A stretch of DNA of 60,747 nucleotides from Rotaria socialis. Lineage: Eukaryota. The notes under the pieces are model-generated. The model was not told the origin of the DNA. It searched no databases and saw only the letters and a program-made list of their open reading frames with translations. The stretch spans positions 248,001 through 308,747 of the forward strand of contig CAJNYD010000223.1 in NCBI GenBank assembly GCA_905331295.1, written 5' to 3'. Position 1 is the first letter of the stretch. Each line of letters opens with the position of its first letter. A program made the position numbers and the translations under genes. Below are positions 24,961 through 38,337 of the stretch, piece after piece.

Positions 24961-25712
24961 TTTATAAGCTCACAGGAGTCATTAATTTTGATTCCATCAA
25001 ATAAAGTTTAGATGATGATGCTGATTTCATTGTCTAATTTTATATATCGAAACTAATTTTCAAACGTACCGTTACTATGCGAAACGAGATTTGACAAGGG
25101 AATACTTCACAATAGAGAGATCCTATTTTTACATACCCATTCATTAAAGTTCAACGTAAAAACAGCCTACTAATAATGATGCGTTATTCACAGGATATAA
25201 TTAGATAGCAGTAAAATAGGCCAGAAAGGTGTTGAATAAATTTCTTCACGGAAAAAGTTCGTTCGATTGATTTGAAATATTTCAGTCTTCATCAGTTTAG
25301 TGTATGAATTTTTCATTAGTTTTATTGTGACAATGATAAATTTGTTTTCAACATGTTCAAAGAATCGCCTTTTGATTTAGTTCTTGCCAATATTCATCAT
25401 TAAGAAAACGATCATAGTGGTAGGAAAACTGAATTTTTGTTTCAGCACAGTAAAACATATTTCATACGCAGCAATCAAAACGTCAATAGTGCTGAATTGA
25501 TTTGTGAAAAAGAATGTTATCTTTTTCTTTTCGAACTCTAGGAGAACTTGCATCTCATAGGAAATTTATTGAGCTATAAATATTTAAAACGTGATTATAA
25601 AATGAAATGATACAAAATAAAAGCCATTTTCTTTACAATAGTATTGCTATTGTACCAAATGGGAAGCTTGAACTCGTCATGGTGTTGAAATTGGTCAGGC
25701 TCTGCGAGAGTT

Positions 25713-28700
25713 TTAACGCTGTGAAGATAGCACAGCAGCCTCATATGTTGGAGGAGGCTGTTCGGCATAAGTGGCAGCCACTGTGGATATTGAAATTGTA
25801 TAAGGTCGATCAATTTCATTTGTTCTTCCTGTATTTATGGAAACATTTCTCAACGGAATACTATTTGCTTGTGAAATTGGGTTCTGTCTCAATAGACTAA
25901 GTTGTTGCCTAAGAGTCCTTTTTCGTTTGTTTGTACAAGGACGACAACAAAAAACTCCAATCAACAACCCAACACAGCCAGCACTAATAACCATACTTTT
26001 TATTATCTTCAATAAACCACCAGCTTTGCATGTTAATTTGTTGCCGCACGAATATGGACCTGTGTAAAAAACAAGAAACAAGATATTCATTTGTTATTGA
26101 ATATTTCATTTTCTTAAGAATTCTAGGTCAAAGATATTGTGTTTTTCTCTGAAAATATCGACACGTCATGGAAGTTGCTTTCTTGGACAAGGCCAAAGTT
26201 ACGAACAACTGTACATGCTCAAGTTAAATAGAGCGAACTATTGAATTTTTCACTTGAGACTTGCATTCTTCATGAAGAGATTGAAAAACCGTGTCTACTA
26301 GATCGCATTGTGAGGCATTCTGGAAAACAAATCAGGAGAATACAATGCAAAAATCGTTCATAATGGCCCACCCACAGCTAATTTTCTCCACTCAAAGCAA
26401 AAAAAAATCAAAAATATGAAATATTTCGACAAATGAATTATTGCGCAGTTGTAGTAAAAGCAAAGTATATTAGTAAAACGATATTTCAGGTCACTTTTGG
26501 GAACACTTCTTTCGGTTGGAATTTTACTCAGAGTAGAATGCAGTGACTCTGAATGGCTCATTAGAAATACGTGTTGCATTTTGTCTTGAAGAAAAATTTT
26601 CCAGAATGAATCACAGTATGATACAGTAGCGTCATCTTTTCAAGCTCTATCAGCAAATAGAAGTTCCAAGTAAAACGACACTAAGATTGTATCTAAATTT
26701 TGTGTACTAGTACCCAAAGTAGATTAATTATTCACATTTCCTTAGATGAACAAGGGAACGCATGATTCATGTTCTGGTAAGAAATCTATGTTTGTTCTAT
26801 TATCAGCTATTTTCATATGAGTAAAGATTTTAAAAACGCGATGTGACTAGATCTGCTAATTTCAAAACGACGTATTTACTCAATGAAGACAACCATGAAG
26901 GACACTGGTTATATTAATAGATCGGATGGTCACTGAAAGAAACCTTATAAAATTCAAAGTTGTACAGAACATTGCGTTGTCTTATTTAAGTACCCGATAC
27001 TCTATATTTTCAGTTTCAGATAGCTTCGTAACCAACGCTTTTTCACGTTGAACTATGATAGCCCGTTCATGCATTTGATTTTCTCATCCACCCACCTGCA
27101 CTGTGTCTGTATGTGGTCAGCTCAAGCCGTTCTGGACCAGCCGCTTCAATCAAGAACCTTCCTGTAACAGCTTTTCTATACGGTGTCACAACCAAAACAT
27201 AACTGTGACTCGACTGCAAAGAGGCATTGATTTGAAACTGTAGATTACCGCCACTGTCATCATCAGATATGATCAAATTCCGATAACTGTCTGATGAATT
27301 GAAAGGCTCATTGTATAAATAACCAGAGGTGTCTATTGAGCTGCTACTTTTGAAGGTATACATGCCAGTCATGGAAACCGTCACCAGAATCGCTTGATAA
27401 GGAACGTTGTTGTAATCATAAGCGTAAGGTCTGGCAAATTCTGGACTACTTGATGAAAGAACATATGAAGCCGTCGCTAAAATGTCAAAGACAACGATTT
27501 ATAAAGACCTCCCTATTGGCGTTTCGTAAACATTTTCTCGTTTGATCCATTGGAAAGCTAAATTTTGTCCAAGATACTTTTGTCGTAGGATCGATAGGCA
27601 AATATAAATGAATATTTAATCAGTTGAGTTAGACACCTCATGCGTCTATGAAACTTATGCCGATGCTCTCAAATACCCACTACCTATTTTCATGAGTTCT
27701 TAAAGTTTTTACTGTATGTTTGTATTCTGAATTAGTGCAAAAGTCACTGAAGATATTTACTCCGTTTGATAAGCCCGATCGAGCCGAAATTTCCATGCAG
27801 TTGGCCAGTGCGCTCGTCTGAGTCATTCGTGGATGAACACTCTAAAAATAGTAAGTATCATAGCGAAATTAAAAGGGTTCACCGAAGAGCACGAAACCTA
27901 AAAATGTTCTTCCAGTGCGCACACGAGAAGAAGATTTTGCTTTAGAGTGAAGAATACAATTTAGAGTGCAGTTTTCGCCGAATATATCTGCTTCTTCTGA
28001 CAAATAGTACTTCCATGAAAATGAAAATACTTCAAACGCCCTGTTCTATTCTCGTTAAATGCTTCTGTTTGCAGGTAAATTATAAAGAAACGAAAATTTC
28101 TGATTAGCATCCTTCCTGCCTTGTTTATGAGTCAAATCATGCTCGAGGTATGAGATAAAGTTTATTTAAACGTATCAATGTTTCTTTCCTTTCAAGATTT
28201 GCCCAAAATGATACTTTCATGCTCTCCTATATAAAACAAAAGCAGGCACTAAAAATACATATTGTTGCGAAAATTTTCGGAAACACTCACTCTTTGCTCA
28301 TTCGTTCTCTTTGAAAAACATGCAACGCACGTTTATGCTCACTTACTTGTTATTGGCTGAGCTGAACTTAAAACAGGTTGCATTGGGCCGGTCGCTGTGA
28401 TTTGGAAACTTCCTGTAACAATCTCACTAAACGTTGTTACAACCAAAATATATGCGCGTCCCGGCTGAAGATTAAGCCTAATACGAAATTGATGAGCACC
28501 ATTGCTGTCATCATCGCTTTCGATCAAATTCTGAGAAGAACGATCTGGAAAAAATGTTTCATTGTACAAACAACTGAAAGTATCCATTAAGCTACTGCTT
28601 GAGAAGGTGTGCATGCCCCACGCGAAAACTGTCACTTGAATCGCTTGATAATAGTAGACTGTTCCGCTACCACTAGGTCGAACAAAACATGGACTACTCG

Positions 28701-28963
28701 ATGATAGAATGCCTGAGTACGTCGATGAAGTATCCAAGGAAGTTGCCACTAAAATATTCGAGCAGATTTGTCGATAGAAACCACTACGTTATCTTACTCA
28801 AAGCAACACGCAATTCACCTTTACTTCTAATTAGAAACGATCCTACGTTGCACGAATCTTAGACATAGAATATGCCAGTAAAAATAGTCAAAAGAAACAC
28901 TAAATGAAATCCCAATACTTCGTATTAATGGATTATCATCGTCAGTTTCTGGTGATTATTCAT
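25713..28963 (-). pseudogene. Type I membrane protein: signal peptide, two PPC-like (DDDS-G) domains, TM, PPxY tail; exon 1 carries two in-frame TAA
   Basis: Exon1 28963-28819 MNNHQKLTMIIH*YEVLGFHLVFLLTIFTGIFYV*DSC..; exon2 28748-28347 and exon3 27476-~27095 each with YQAI.VTV...G..TF.SSS..DT...LYN.....NLI.SDDDS.G..QF.I; last exon ~26059-25713 with TM (MVISAGCVGLLIGVFCC) and QPPPTYE. Linking exon(s) between 27095 and 26059 not resolved. Confidence 0.7.
26252..26670. mobile_element. Old degenerate inverted-repeat element in an intron
   Basis: 26252-26350 (gagattgaaaa..ctac..tgtgaggcattctggaaaa..aatgcaa) is a loose reverse complement of 26574-26670. Confidence 0.45.
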
Positions 28964-31825
28964 TACATTTCTCAAATCATTAAGAGTCCTTCACGCTGTT
29001 GATCAATCCAATGATTTTCTTTATAGATGATAAGAAAAGCAAAACTTATTTAACTTTTTTTAAAGTTTAAATTGAAGCAATGATCATTTATGACCCTGTC
29101 TTTCTCTCTATGTGTTATCAATAATCTTCCTAAAGGGAATATTAAAAATTACAACACAATATGAAACACATGAAGTTTTATACAAAAAGAACTATTTTAA
29201 TTTTCATGGCTTAATAGAAAACTTTAGAGATTGTTTCTGAATGATCATCATTGGCGAAATATAAACAAATATGAGTCTTACACACTGGCCCATCATACGC
29301 AAAGTGTTTTTATTAAATATTATACCAATGATAATCGTTTTTAAACAATTTCAAAATATCAAATATAGTATTTATATTATTTTTCCTAAACTAAACTTCT
29401 GTACGATGTAAAAAAAAAAACAATCGATTTATCTGGATTCTTGGAAATAAATAATGTTAATCTGTTCTGTTAGATCAATTAAAGATGTATGAAGAAAAAT
29501 AGTACGTGCAAGTCAAGACTGAGATAATCTGTGTTAAGGATAAAGATCGTCAAAGGAAATCTAATAACGACTATCTTCCAGTGTTTTTACACAGTAGAGA
29601 GAAACAATCTATTCCATTTGGAATTCTGCAATAGACATTTTCCCATAAGCGTCATTGCCGTCAAATTATTTTAATGACGTTCATATACACGAAGAATTCT
29701 ATAGGCTTATCGAAATTCTTACTTGGGATTGAGCCAAAACCCAGTTCAATTAGTATGACAGCTACAAGAAATGATCTATTGAATAATGTGTGGGGCAGAC
29801 AAAAGTGCTGCGGTGATAAATGATTTTCTGCGTCATCTACTGTTGAATATGTCTTTGTATTGTTTCGTGGACCACCTTTTCGAATAGTAGGGATGGTTAC
29901 ACAATGATGAAATACATATGAGTTCACAGACTCTTTCATGCTGCTAAGAAGTTGTTTGTGTTTTATTGTTCGATTCCGTTTGAAAAGAAGAAGAAGAATC
30001 TAAATAGTCATAATTTGTAAAGCTCTATCAATATCTTATGTGGTTTTCATCTACTGTTAACTGATGTTATTGTACGCTTGTCTCTCGTAGATTTCGTCAC
30101 AGGCAAGCAACGGATATCATATTTGCGATTGAGGGTGTGAGGTGTGTGTGTCTGCTCATTTATTTATCACATCCACATCCTCTGGTCACAATAAATTTTC
30201 TTTTTATTTCATTATTGACTTCTTTCAATAAGAAAGCTATCCCGATATACGTGCCTTTCTCTAGTAGTTCTATTGGTTAAGAAAAGAGTTTGATTAAAAG
30301 CTGCATGTTGAAAATATGGGAAGAATCATTCAAAAAAGAAGGATGATATGTCGTGCATACCACTCGAGCAGTCATTCTGAAAGTTACAAGCATCTTATTC
30401 ACATCTACATCAGAACTTCAATAAATGTTGGTATATCAGAAAGCTAACAATAAATGATGTTACTCTTAATCACTGAAGAAAACCCCTTCTCTTATCGCGA
30501 TGTTTTAATACGAAGTTCAAACAACCATACTTATCCACTCATTTCGTTAGGATTCATCAAACTGTTAATAGAAAATACTTTTAGAATCTACACAATTGCT
30601 TTTCCGTTGAGGCTGCGTGAATTCAAATGCGCTATAAATACTCGGAAAATAGCTCATACTCGAATCTTATTGTTACTGATATACTGCATTGTTATGGTAT
30701 TTTTTTTAAATAAGTGTCTTAAACCCTCGAAGGTACCCGAGAAAAAATTCTACATAGAAAACGCTTCTAGAAAGAACTTTTGCATATAGATACTGTGTTT
30801 TATAAATGAAACGGATCTGCTATTCAGCTGTTTACTTACGTTTGAATTAAAAATGAAAACTGAAAGATATGTTTGTGAAGAAAAGTCGAGCATCCCTACC
30901 TGAACATCATAACGTTCCCGGTTGAATGAATTTCATGCGTCATGCATAATCTTACGTCATCATCGTCTCGTACATTATGCAGTGTCTTTACCTTATTGCT
31001 TTATATATACATATCCTTCGTTTCTTTTCTTTCATCGTTTCTTCTAGGTGCGTATACCAGTGCACACTTTGTATCGAAACAATATGAAACATATTATATG
31101 AAGGAATAGAATAAAGCGCAATACTACCGCCGACACTAATACTCCTTCTGTCTAAAACCGTCACAGCTACATTTAAACCTTCACACATGCCCGGACATTC
31201 ACGATTTTAAGCCGTATAACATTGACGTGAATTTACGGATAATAAAATCGTATGATTGGTTCGTTGAGGTTCCACATAGACTCACCGGTGAGTTTGAACA
31301 TCTTGACGGCGCTTGCGATTATTAGTTTAATTCTACTCATACCCACTATCCATTCTTAGTCTCTCATTTTTTTATTCACTTCGCCTAAAATGTAGTACTT
31401 CGAAAAACTAACTGTAATATGCACAACCGTCATAATACAGGAGAATGTAAAAATGATCTTTATTTTCGACATGAGTCATCGGTGCATCGTTCGTATTTAT
31501 TTTGATGCTGTACACTTAGCTAGGCAAGTCATTTGGAATTTCATTGTGACCGTATCCGATTCCTGCTTTAGTAAACTGAAAAAGCCTTGAAATCCAATCT
31601 CAGGAATTATACGGAAAATCACCAGATCAGATCGTTTCCCGGAATACGTAGTCGATCTGGGCATGCAAAGTTTTTCGATCGAATAACTCTATAGAACACA
31701 TTCGGGTTGTTGTAGATGTCTTAACTATTTGTATTCAACAAAAATAATTCAACGAAAAATTCGTGGATGACGAAACTCTTTTATTATACAAATAATAACT
31801 AAGATCAAAAAAAGAATAACAGCGA

Positions 31826-32530
31826 TTAACGAAACCAAGTGGATAATCCAGGTCGATAAATTGTTGTAGCATTTTCTTTATTGGTCATTTGTATCATACG
31901 TTTTTCATCTTTAGCAAGTTCATCAAATGGTTGTTTGCCACGCCATACATCAGGATACTCAAATGTTTCATTCGTCTATAATAAAAATATTTTGTTTTTG
32001 TTTTAAAAGAAAAAAATATTTTGCTTTACCAAGAACACATAAGCAAATTTTCGATCTGGATCAGGATCGATTATTTCGGATGAAACTGGATGACGATTTT
32101 CTTTGCCTTAAAAATAAAACAAATTCATTAGTAAATATTTTAATAAACTATGACAATATAAAAACCTTGTTCAATTCTTGTTGTTACATCAAGCACATCG
32201 ATTTTATAAATTTTTTCTAAATATTGTTTTACATCTTTTTTAGTCATCCTAAGAAGAAAACCAACCGATGAATAGATAGATATAGGAATAGATAGATTGC
32301 GTACTCAATATGACATTCAAATCGAACAACATTCGGTCTTAGTAGACGATTTTCCTCGGGTCTCATTATTCTCATCCAAAATTGAGGAAAAAAAACTCGA
32401 TGTTTTGGATCGCCCGGTTGCCACTTCGGATAGCGAGGTGTCAGTGATTTATATAGGTATTGACTAAATAAAATAAAATACAATCAATATAAGATAGAAT
32501 GATCTCTTACAGATGTGCTGGTAAACGCAT
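31826..32530 (-). CDS. MRPL23: Mitochondrial ribosomal protein L23 (5 exons)
   Basis: Spliced MRLPAHL|YLYKSLTPRYPKWQPGDPKHRVFFPQFWMRIMRP..NVVRFECHIE|MTKKDVKQYLEKIYKIDVLDVTTRIEQ|GKENRHP..DPDRKFAYVFL|TNETFEYPDVW..PGLSTWFR*, matching metazoan mRpL23 motifs. Confidence 0.93.
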
Positions 32531-33285
32531 TTCAATTGATTACAAATTGAACACCAATGTTGAATCAAAAAAAGAAAACCAGTGAATCCAAATTGATCAG
32601 ACTGCAAAGTCCATACTTTATACCTAGTCAATATCCACACCAGAGGATGATATCTATCGTAGTTGTCACTAGTTGCTGATCAAATTTTGATCATGTGTAT
32701 CTATAATATAATATCTTCGCTATACTACATGAATCATTACCCAAAGTTCTTTCCACTTGCAATTAAAAATAGATAAAGATGCAGTCGTGGAAGAACACGT
32801 AATGAATTCAGTTTTCATAACGATTTGCTAACAGGACAAATTTCAATCGCACTTCATATTAAAGATATCCCTTGCAAGCTTCGCATTCTTATGATGACCA
32901 AACAATTAATAGATTGTGAAAGTTTTTGACAAAAAAAAAATTTCTTTTTCAAACTTTTGTCAAAAATAAATGAGTGAAGGAGTCTTTTGGCAAATTTTTT
33001 AATTGGTTTGAATTTCTCCAATGAACCTGTTTGTTTAGTGAGAGAAGAAAGAGAAGAAGAAAAAAGAAGCGAACGAACGAACGGACGAAAAATGAATACT
33101 ACCTGACAAAATGTGACTTTTTGCAAAAAAAAATTAATCTTTCTTTAAAGGACAACGAATAAAAAAAGTGAAATCTTCTAATTAAATCATATTAAATTTC
33201 ATTTGTTGCTTTTCGCATGTTTATCGTCCCTCTATTTGTGCACTAAGTCGGTGAAACTACGAGCAAGAGATCTTTTTATTTTTAG

Positions 33286-36200
33286 ATGGCATCTGATTCA
33301 AAAGCAGCTGGTAATGCAGTGACAAGAGAAATCGAATCTCGTATTAAGTAGGAGATTCTACTGTTTTAATTTTCTTCGATTTTATTCATTGCCTTCTAGG
33401 CAAATACCTGAACATTTATTTGAAGTTTTCCTTGAGATTCGAGAGCCCATTGAAGATGAAAGTAAGTCGAAATTTTCTGTTCCTATTGCTTCAGGTGTAA
33501 GAAACAATTTTAGTACCAGCAATTTTATTGAAATATCCAGAAAATTTTCCTGATGAACACCTTAAAACTGTCACCAATTTTGCTTATCCATGCAAAATGC
33601 CATCGTATGATTTAAAACAAGATGATTATTTAATTCCTCTTTTAAAAATATTTGTAGAGACGAACAAAGTGAACATTTTGCATTTGTGATACTCGATTCA
33701 ACTGGTACTCTTTTTCGTTTTGGTTATTGTCGACGATCGAATCGTGAATCGACTTGTTTATGTATTATAAGGTACGACAAAAAATTTACATTGGAACTCT
33801 TAATTCAAACAAATTCTCTTTTTTTCTAGTTTTTATCCATGGTTTGAAGTTTTCTATAAGATTTTAAATGATTTATCTCAAGTGATCGTTTCAAAACCGG
33901 TAAGAATATTTTTTTATTGATAATTTTACATTTAAATATCTACATGGTTATATAAACAGTTGAAGGTTACTTCTCAATCATCGACTTTAGTAGGTGTTTT
34001 TTTTTTCAAGCTGCTGCTATTTAAGCTTACTCAGAACAGTTTATTTTAAAAAGAATTTTTATTTATTTATTTTTTTCCTATCTTGATAGACTGCCGATGT
34101 GAAACAATTGTTATCATCGTTATACAATTATAAGTTATTGTCAATTGAGGAATTTCACGAAAACGAAGGCAAAGAAGAAGTTAAAATAAATATTCTTTCG
34201 AAGGTAAGTTTGTTTGTCAATTATTCCTTTTTAAAATATGGATAATCTAGAATTTTAATTATACTCGACCTGATCCACGAAAACTCCCTTCAATGTTATC
34301 TAATGTAAGTATTCATTAGGAGTTTTTATCACAGAAAGATACTGTCTGTTCTAAACTCCTTGATTTGTTTCTATCTAAAAGTTTCAAAATCTCTGAAAAA
34401 ATGATTTTTTTATTTAGCGTAATTTTTCTGTCATGGTGTCAAGATTGGGCCCAGAATTAATGCTATGCCTTTTTTCACATTTACTGTTCGAACGACGCAT
34501 TCTGTTTGTTTCATCGAAACTTTTTCATTTAACTGGTTAGTTTTTTTTTTCGGTATTAAAAGATACGATTGATGAATATTGTCTCTAGCGTGTGCATACG
34601 GCTGTTTACATTTAATTCATCCAATGCATTGGTAAATATTTTCCTGAAAAACAAAATTGATTATTTCTTTTTTGTTTTTCTAAAAAAGGCAAAGCATATT
34701 TTTGCCAATACTTCCTGCATCAATGACATGGACAACACAATGTAGCACACCGTATATAATCGGATTGCATTCAAGTTTATTTTCAACATTAACAATTGAT
34801 GAATTAGGCGATGTGGTCATTGTGAAGATTGACGAACGAAAAATTGAATCACAATATGATGATCTTAGTCTTTTTCCGAAGTATTTAATTCGAAGCATGA
34901 AAAAAGGTATTCAGCAATCGTCGCAATTAGCTGGAGATCATTTGGCAAGAGTTTTTCTTCGAGCTATGGCATTTACTGTTGGTGAGTAATTACATTCGAT
35001 TGTGAAATTATTTTTCTTTTCATTTGATTAACAGGTAATTATGCAAATGGATTTGACATTAAAAATGATAAATTAGATTTTGATCGAGAACGTTATCTTG
35101 AATCATATCTTGGATCTCATGTGCATACATTTATGTCTGCTGTTGCTAATACGCAAATGTTTGAACAAGTACGAAACGTTTTGATTGCTTAAGACGAAAA
35201 CCAAGAATTTTCGTTGCTTGTAGTTTTCACGGTATCGAACTCATGCACAACTTGAACGTGAAACTGATATCGATGAATTTGATCTTGAAGTTAGAAATCT
35301 ACAAAAACTTCAACAATCAAAAAAAGTAAATATCATCGCGAACTGCGCAAGTTAATTTAATTAAGATTTTTTCAGTTTTGGACACGAGAGACTTTTTTAA
35401 ATGCAAGTAAAATATGCATGTACCCGAAGAATTCATTTTACCTGTAAATGTAGAAATCGGAATGTTTTGTTAATGAAGTGGAAGGAAATTTTTCATAGAT
35501 TAGAACTTCTCTAGCAGAAGTATTTTAAGTTTGTTCAAATGTAAAAACGGTTTAATTGACCGAATACAGTTAAGACTTACTCATTCATACGCGAGTATCT
35601 AGTCCGAAATTCGAAGATAATTTTTCTGGCAGGTAACCTTGACACATAGGGATACTGTTATTAGAGACTTTATTCGTCACTGATTGATTTGCATATTTCT
35701 TTTTAGTTCAAAACAAACAAAAAGATTTACAAACTATTAGAAAAAGTAAGTTGATTCGTTTACCTTTTTTTTTTTAATAATCGACGAAAAAAAGTCGATT
35801 TGGCCGTCAATTACATGGAGAGTTTTTATAGTATGTTAAAGACGGCACAATAATAGACAGTAGCACTAACACACAAAAAGATCGTTCAAAAGACAAAAGA
35901 CGAAAATCACTGATCGATACAAAAGATGAAAGAAATCAGGTATCATATGATGATTGTAAATGCTTAATGGTTCTCTTGTGCTGTATTTGTCTTTGCTCAA
36001 TGCGCTCTCTGTTATATGGTCTATAGAAAACAAATATTTTTTTTGTGTTTTCTCTTCTAGGCAGCAAATCCATTGTTTGAACAAGTTCAAAACAAAGCCG
36101 AAAGAATTCAGACAGTTGTAAGTTGAAAAGATATTAATAAAAAAAACTTCTTTTTGCTCAGATTAACAAAGCCGGACAACGTGTTGCTAGTGAAGCATCA

Positions 36201-38047
36201 TCCGTAAGAAACAATTTAACATCGTTCGATGTAAGTTTAATCGATAAAATGATCGATAAAATGCAATTATTTTTTACTTATTTAGATTAATGATGTTATT
36301 AAACGAACACATAATTCTAAAATGCATCAATCCGTAAGTTATCGAAATGTAAAATTCTTTTTGTTTAAATTTCTTTTCTTAGATTACAACCAATAATGTT
36401 CGTGATACAAAACCAGTTCATCAAGTAAGGATTTTATTTGTAATTGTATTTCTTTTTCTATTTTATTTCTTCTTTTCAGTCGAGTACACCTGATATATTG
36501 AATGAAAAGTGAGTACTGAATAGTCACTTCGATTTCTCTTTGATAGAAGTTTTAGAGCAGCATAGAAAGAAGCCCCTAGCGACTTCTTTTTGTGTACTCA
36601 AAAAGTGAGTACTAGAATCGGCCAGTGCGTCCGTCCGTCCGTCCGTAGACACGATAACTTTCGAAAGGAGAGTCAGATCGTGATGAAATTTTCCACACAG
36701 TTCAATCTCATCAATATCTCGGTCGAGTTCGAAGATGAGAAGGATTCGTCAAGAAATGGCTGAGTTATCGAAAAAATTGTCATTTTTGATCAGACCATCC
36801 CTGAGGGGGAGTACAGGAATTTTTCAAAAAACAAATTTTTCTCAGAATTATTCACAACATATATAAATCGTCTCAGTTTTTAACGCTGATTCTGAATCTG
36901 ATATTAGTTTTGAATTAAACCGTAGCTTTCTAACGAAACATCGCCTGAAAAACGTCTCAAAATGCACAAAAACTACATCCAGAAATCAAATTGCCTAGTT
37001 CCTCATGATAATTGTGGTGTTCAGACATTCTAGAATGACTCATATGTCCCATGTACTTTTTGCAGTACACATAACTTTCGGATGAAATCCGAAGTTTCCA
37101 CATTTATTTTTCTTATATTTAATCAACGCTGTTTTTTTTGTTTGTTTGTTATTCTTAGCTCTATTCCATATGAAAGAATTCATTCGAAAGACAATTTTTT
37201 CCTATCTGAACCACACTTGACCAATCAAGATCAAATATCATCGTCATCAGCTTCATCGTCGCGTTCTTCAACACCGGAAGTAGATCGTCATAAAAGTAAT
37301 ACCTTAATAAATTTAGATACTGATGATGAGGTATGACTATTTTTTATTTTTTATTTAACATTTTATTTTAATTTTATCAACTAGAATCTTCTATTGCCAT
37401 CTCCGATTGTTCTAAACGTAATTAATACTCTTGTGACACCCCCCGTTCAACGTCAAACTCCTCAAATCGATTCAAAAATTAAACAGCTACAAAACGAACT
37501 GCAACATAAAGTTCAAACATTCGATGGTAAACGTCTTGATCCTCGCAATGAATATGGACAAGAGAAAAAAGAAATTAAAAAAATTGTCGAACAATTCGAT
37601 CCACTCGATGATCCGAATTATTTCGGTCGAGCCAACAAAAATTCGAACGAATTTTTAGCTTCAATGCCAGTCACATTTCGTACTGAAGAGAAATTACCAT
37701 CAAATACATATGACCGGCATCCATCGATTTATGAAACAATACCAACAAATCACGTTAATAATGTTCTACAAAATATTCATAGTATATATGGTACACCAAA
37801 TCGATTAAATTTACGAGCTACTGTTTCCATGCAACACAAATCACAGGAAAATAATTTGAACACTTTTTCTCCCTCACTCACGGCACCTGCAGGATTATTT
37901 CCGGTCAAAACTTATTCAACAACTTCAGATGATTTAGAATCGAATTTTGATCCATTAGCACCTTCAAAAGAGAAAAATCTATATTCAAATATGCCGCAAT
38001 CGTCGTCATCAAGAACCAATGGATCGAATTTAATTGACTTTAATTAA
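33286..38047 (+). CDS. DENND1: DENN domain protein, connecdenn/DENND1 family (Rab35 GEF)
   Basis: Many short exons: ESRIK|QIPEHLFEVFLEI, FAYPC, EHFAFVILD..FRFGYCR, CLCII|SFYPWFEVFYKILN, LFERRILFVSSKL, HPMHW|QSIFLPILP..CSTPYIIGLH, TQMFEQF; disordered tail with LINLD, FDPL (x2), LIDF endocytic-type motifs. Confidence 0.93.
36587..37106 (+). mobile_element. HINE/DINE-1-like element, copy 2, in a DENND1 intron
   Basis: 5' tttttgtgtactcaaaaagtgagtac (subTIR plus short IR), (GTCC)4 microsatellite, core tcggtcgagttcgaagatg, 3' subTIR tactttttgcagtacaca, hairpin aactttcggatgaaatccgaagtt, T-rich end. Confidence 0.85.
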
Positions 38048-38337
38048 TTCTTTTTTCATTTTCTTATTTGCGCATCTCGGTTGTATGTTGTATTTCTAGT
38101 GTCTTTCATAATATTATTTGCTGTTTTCTTTGTAATCTATCCTGAGAATGGCGATGACGAGAGAAATGTTAATGCAATTTATTCTATTTTTGTTTTGTTT
38201 CTTAAAATTAATTTTGTGAATATGTTAGCCGATGTATAAGAAAAATATTATTGATATATTATTATTTAACTGTATGTCAATATTAATTTTATTTCAGACT
38301 TGTAGTCTCTTGAATTTTATGTGATTCAAAAAAAGCC

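Noticed and set aside
28859..28927. Alternative genetic code (TAA = Gln)
   Set aside because: FoxB, MRPL23, DENND1, DMBX and others terminate at TAA at the expected positions.
38048..38337. Read-through DENN-RUN fusion (DENND5-like architecture) using the acceptor at 38297
   Set aside because: An in-frame TGA lies between the acceptor and ATG 38338, so no fused ORF is possible by that junction.
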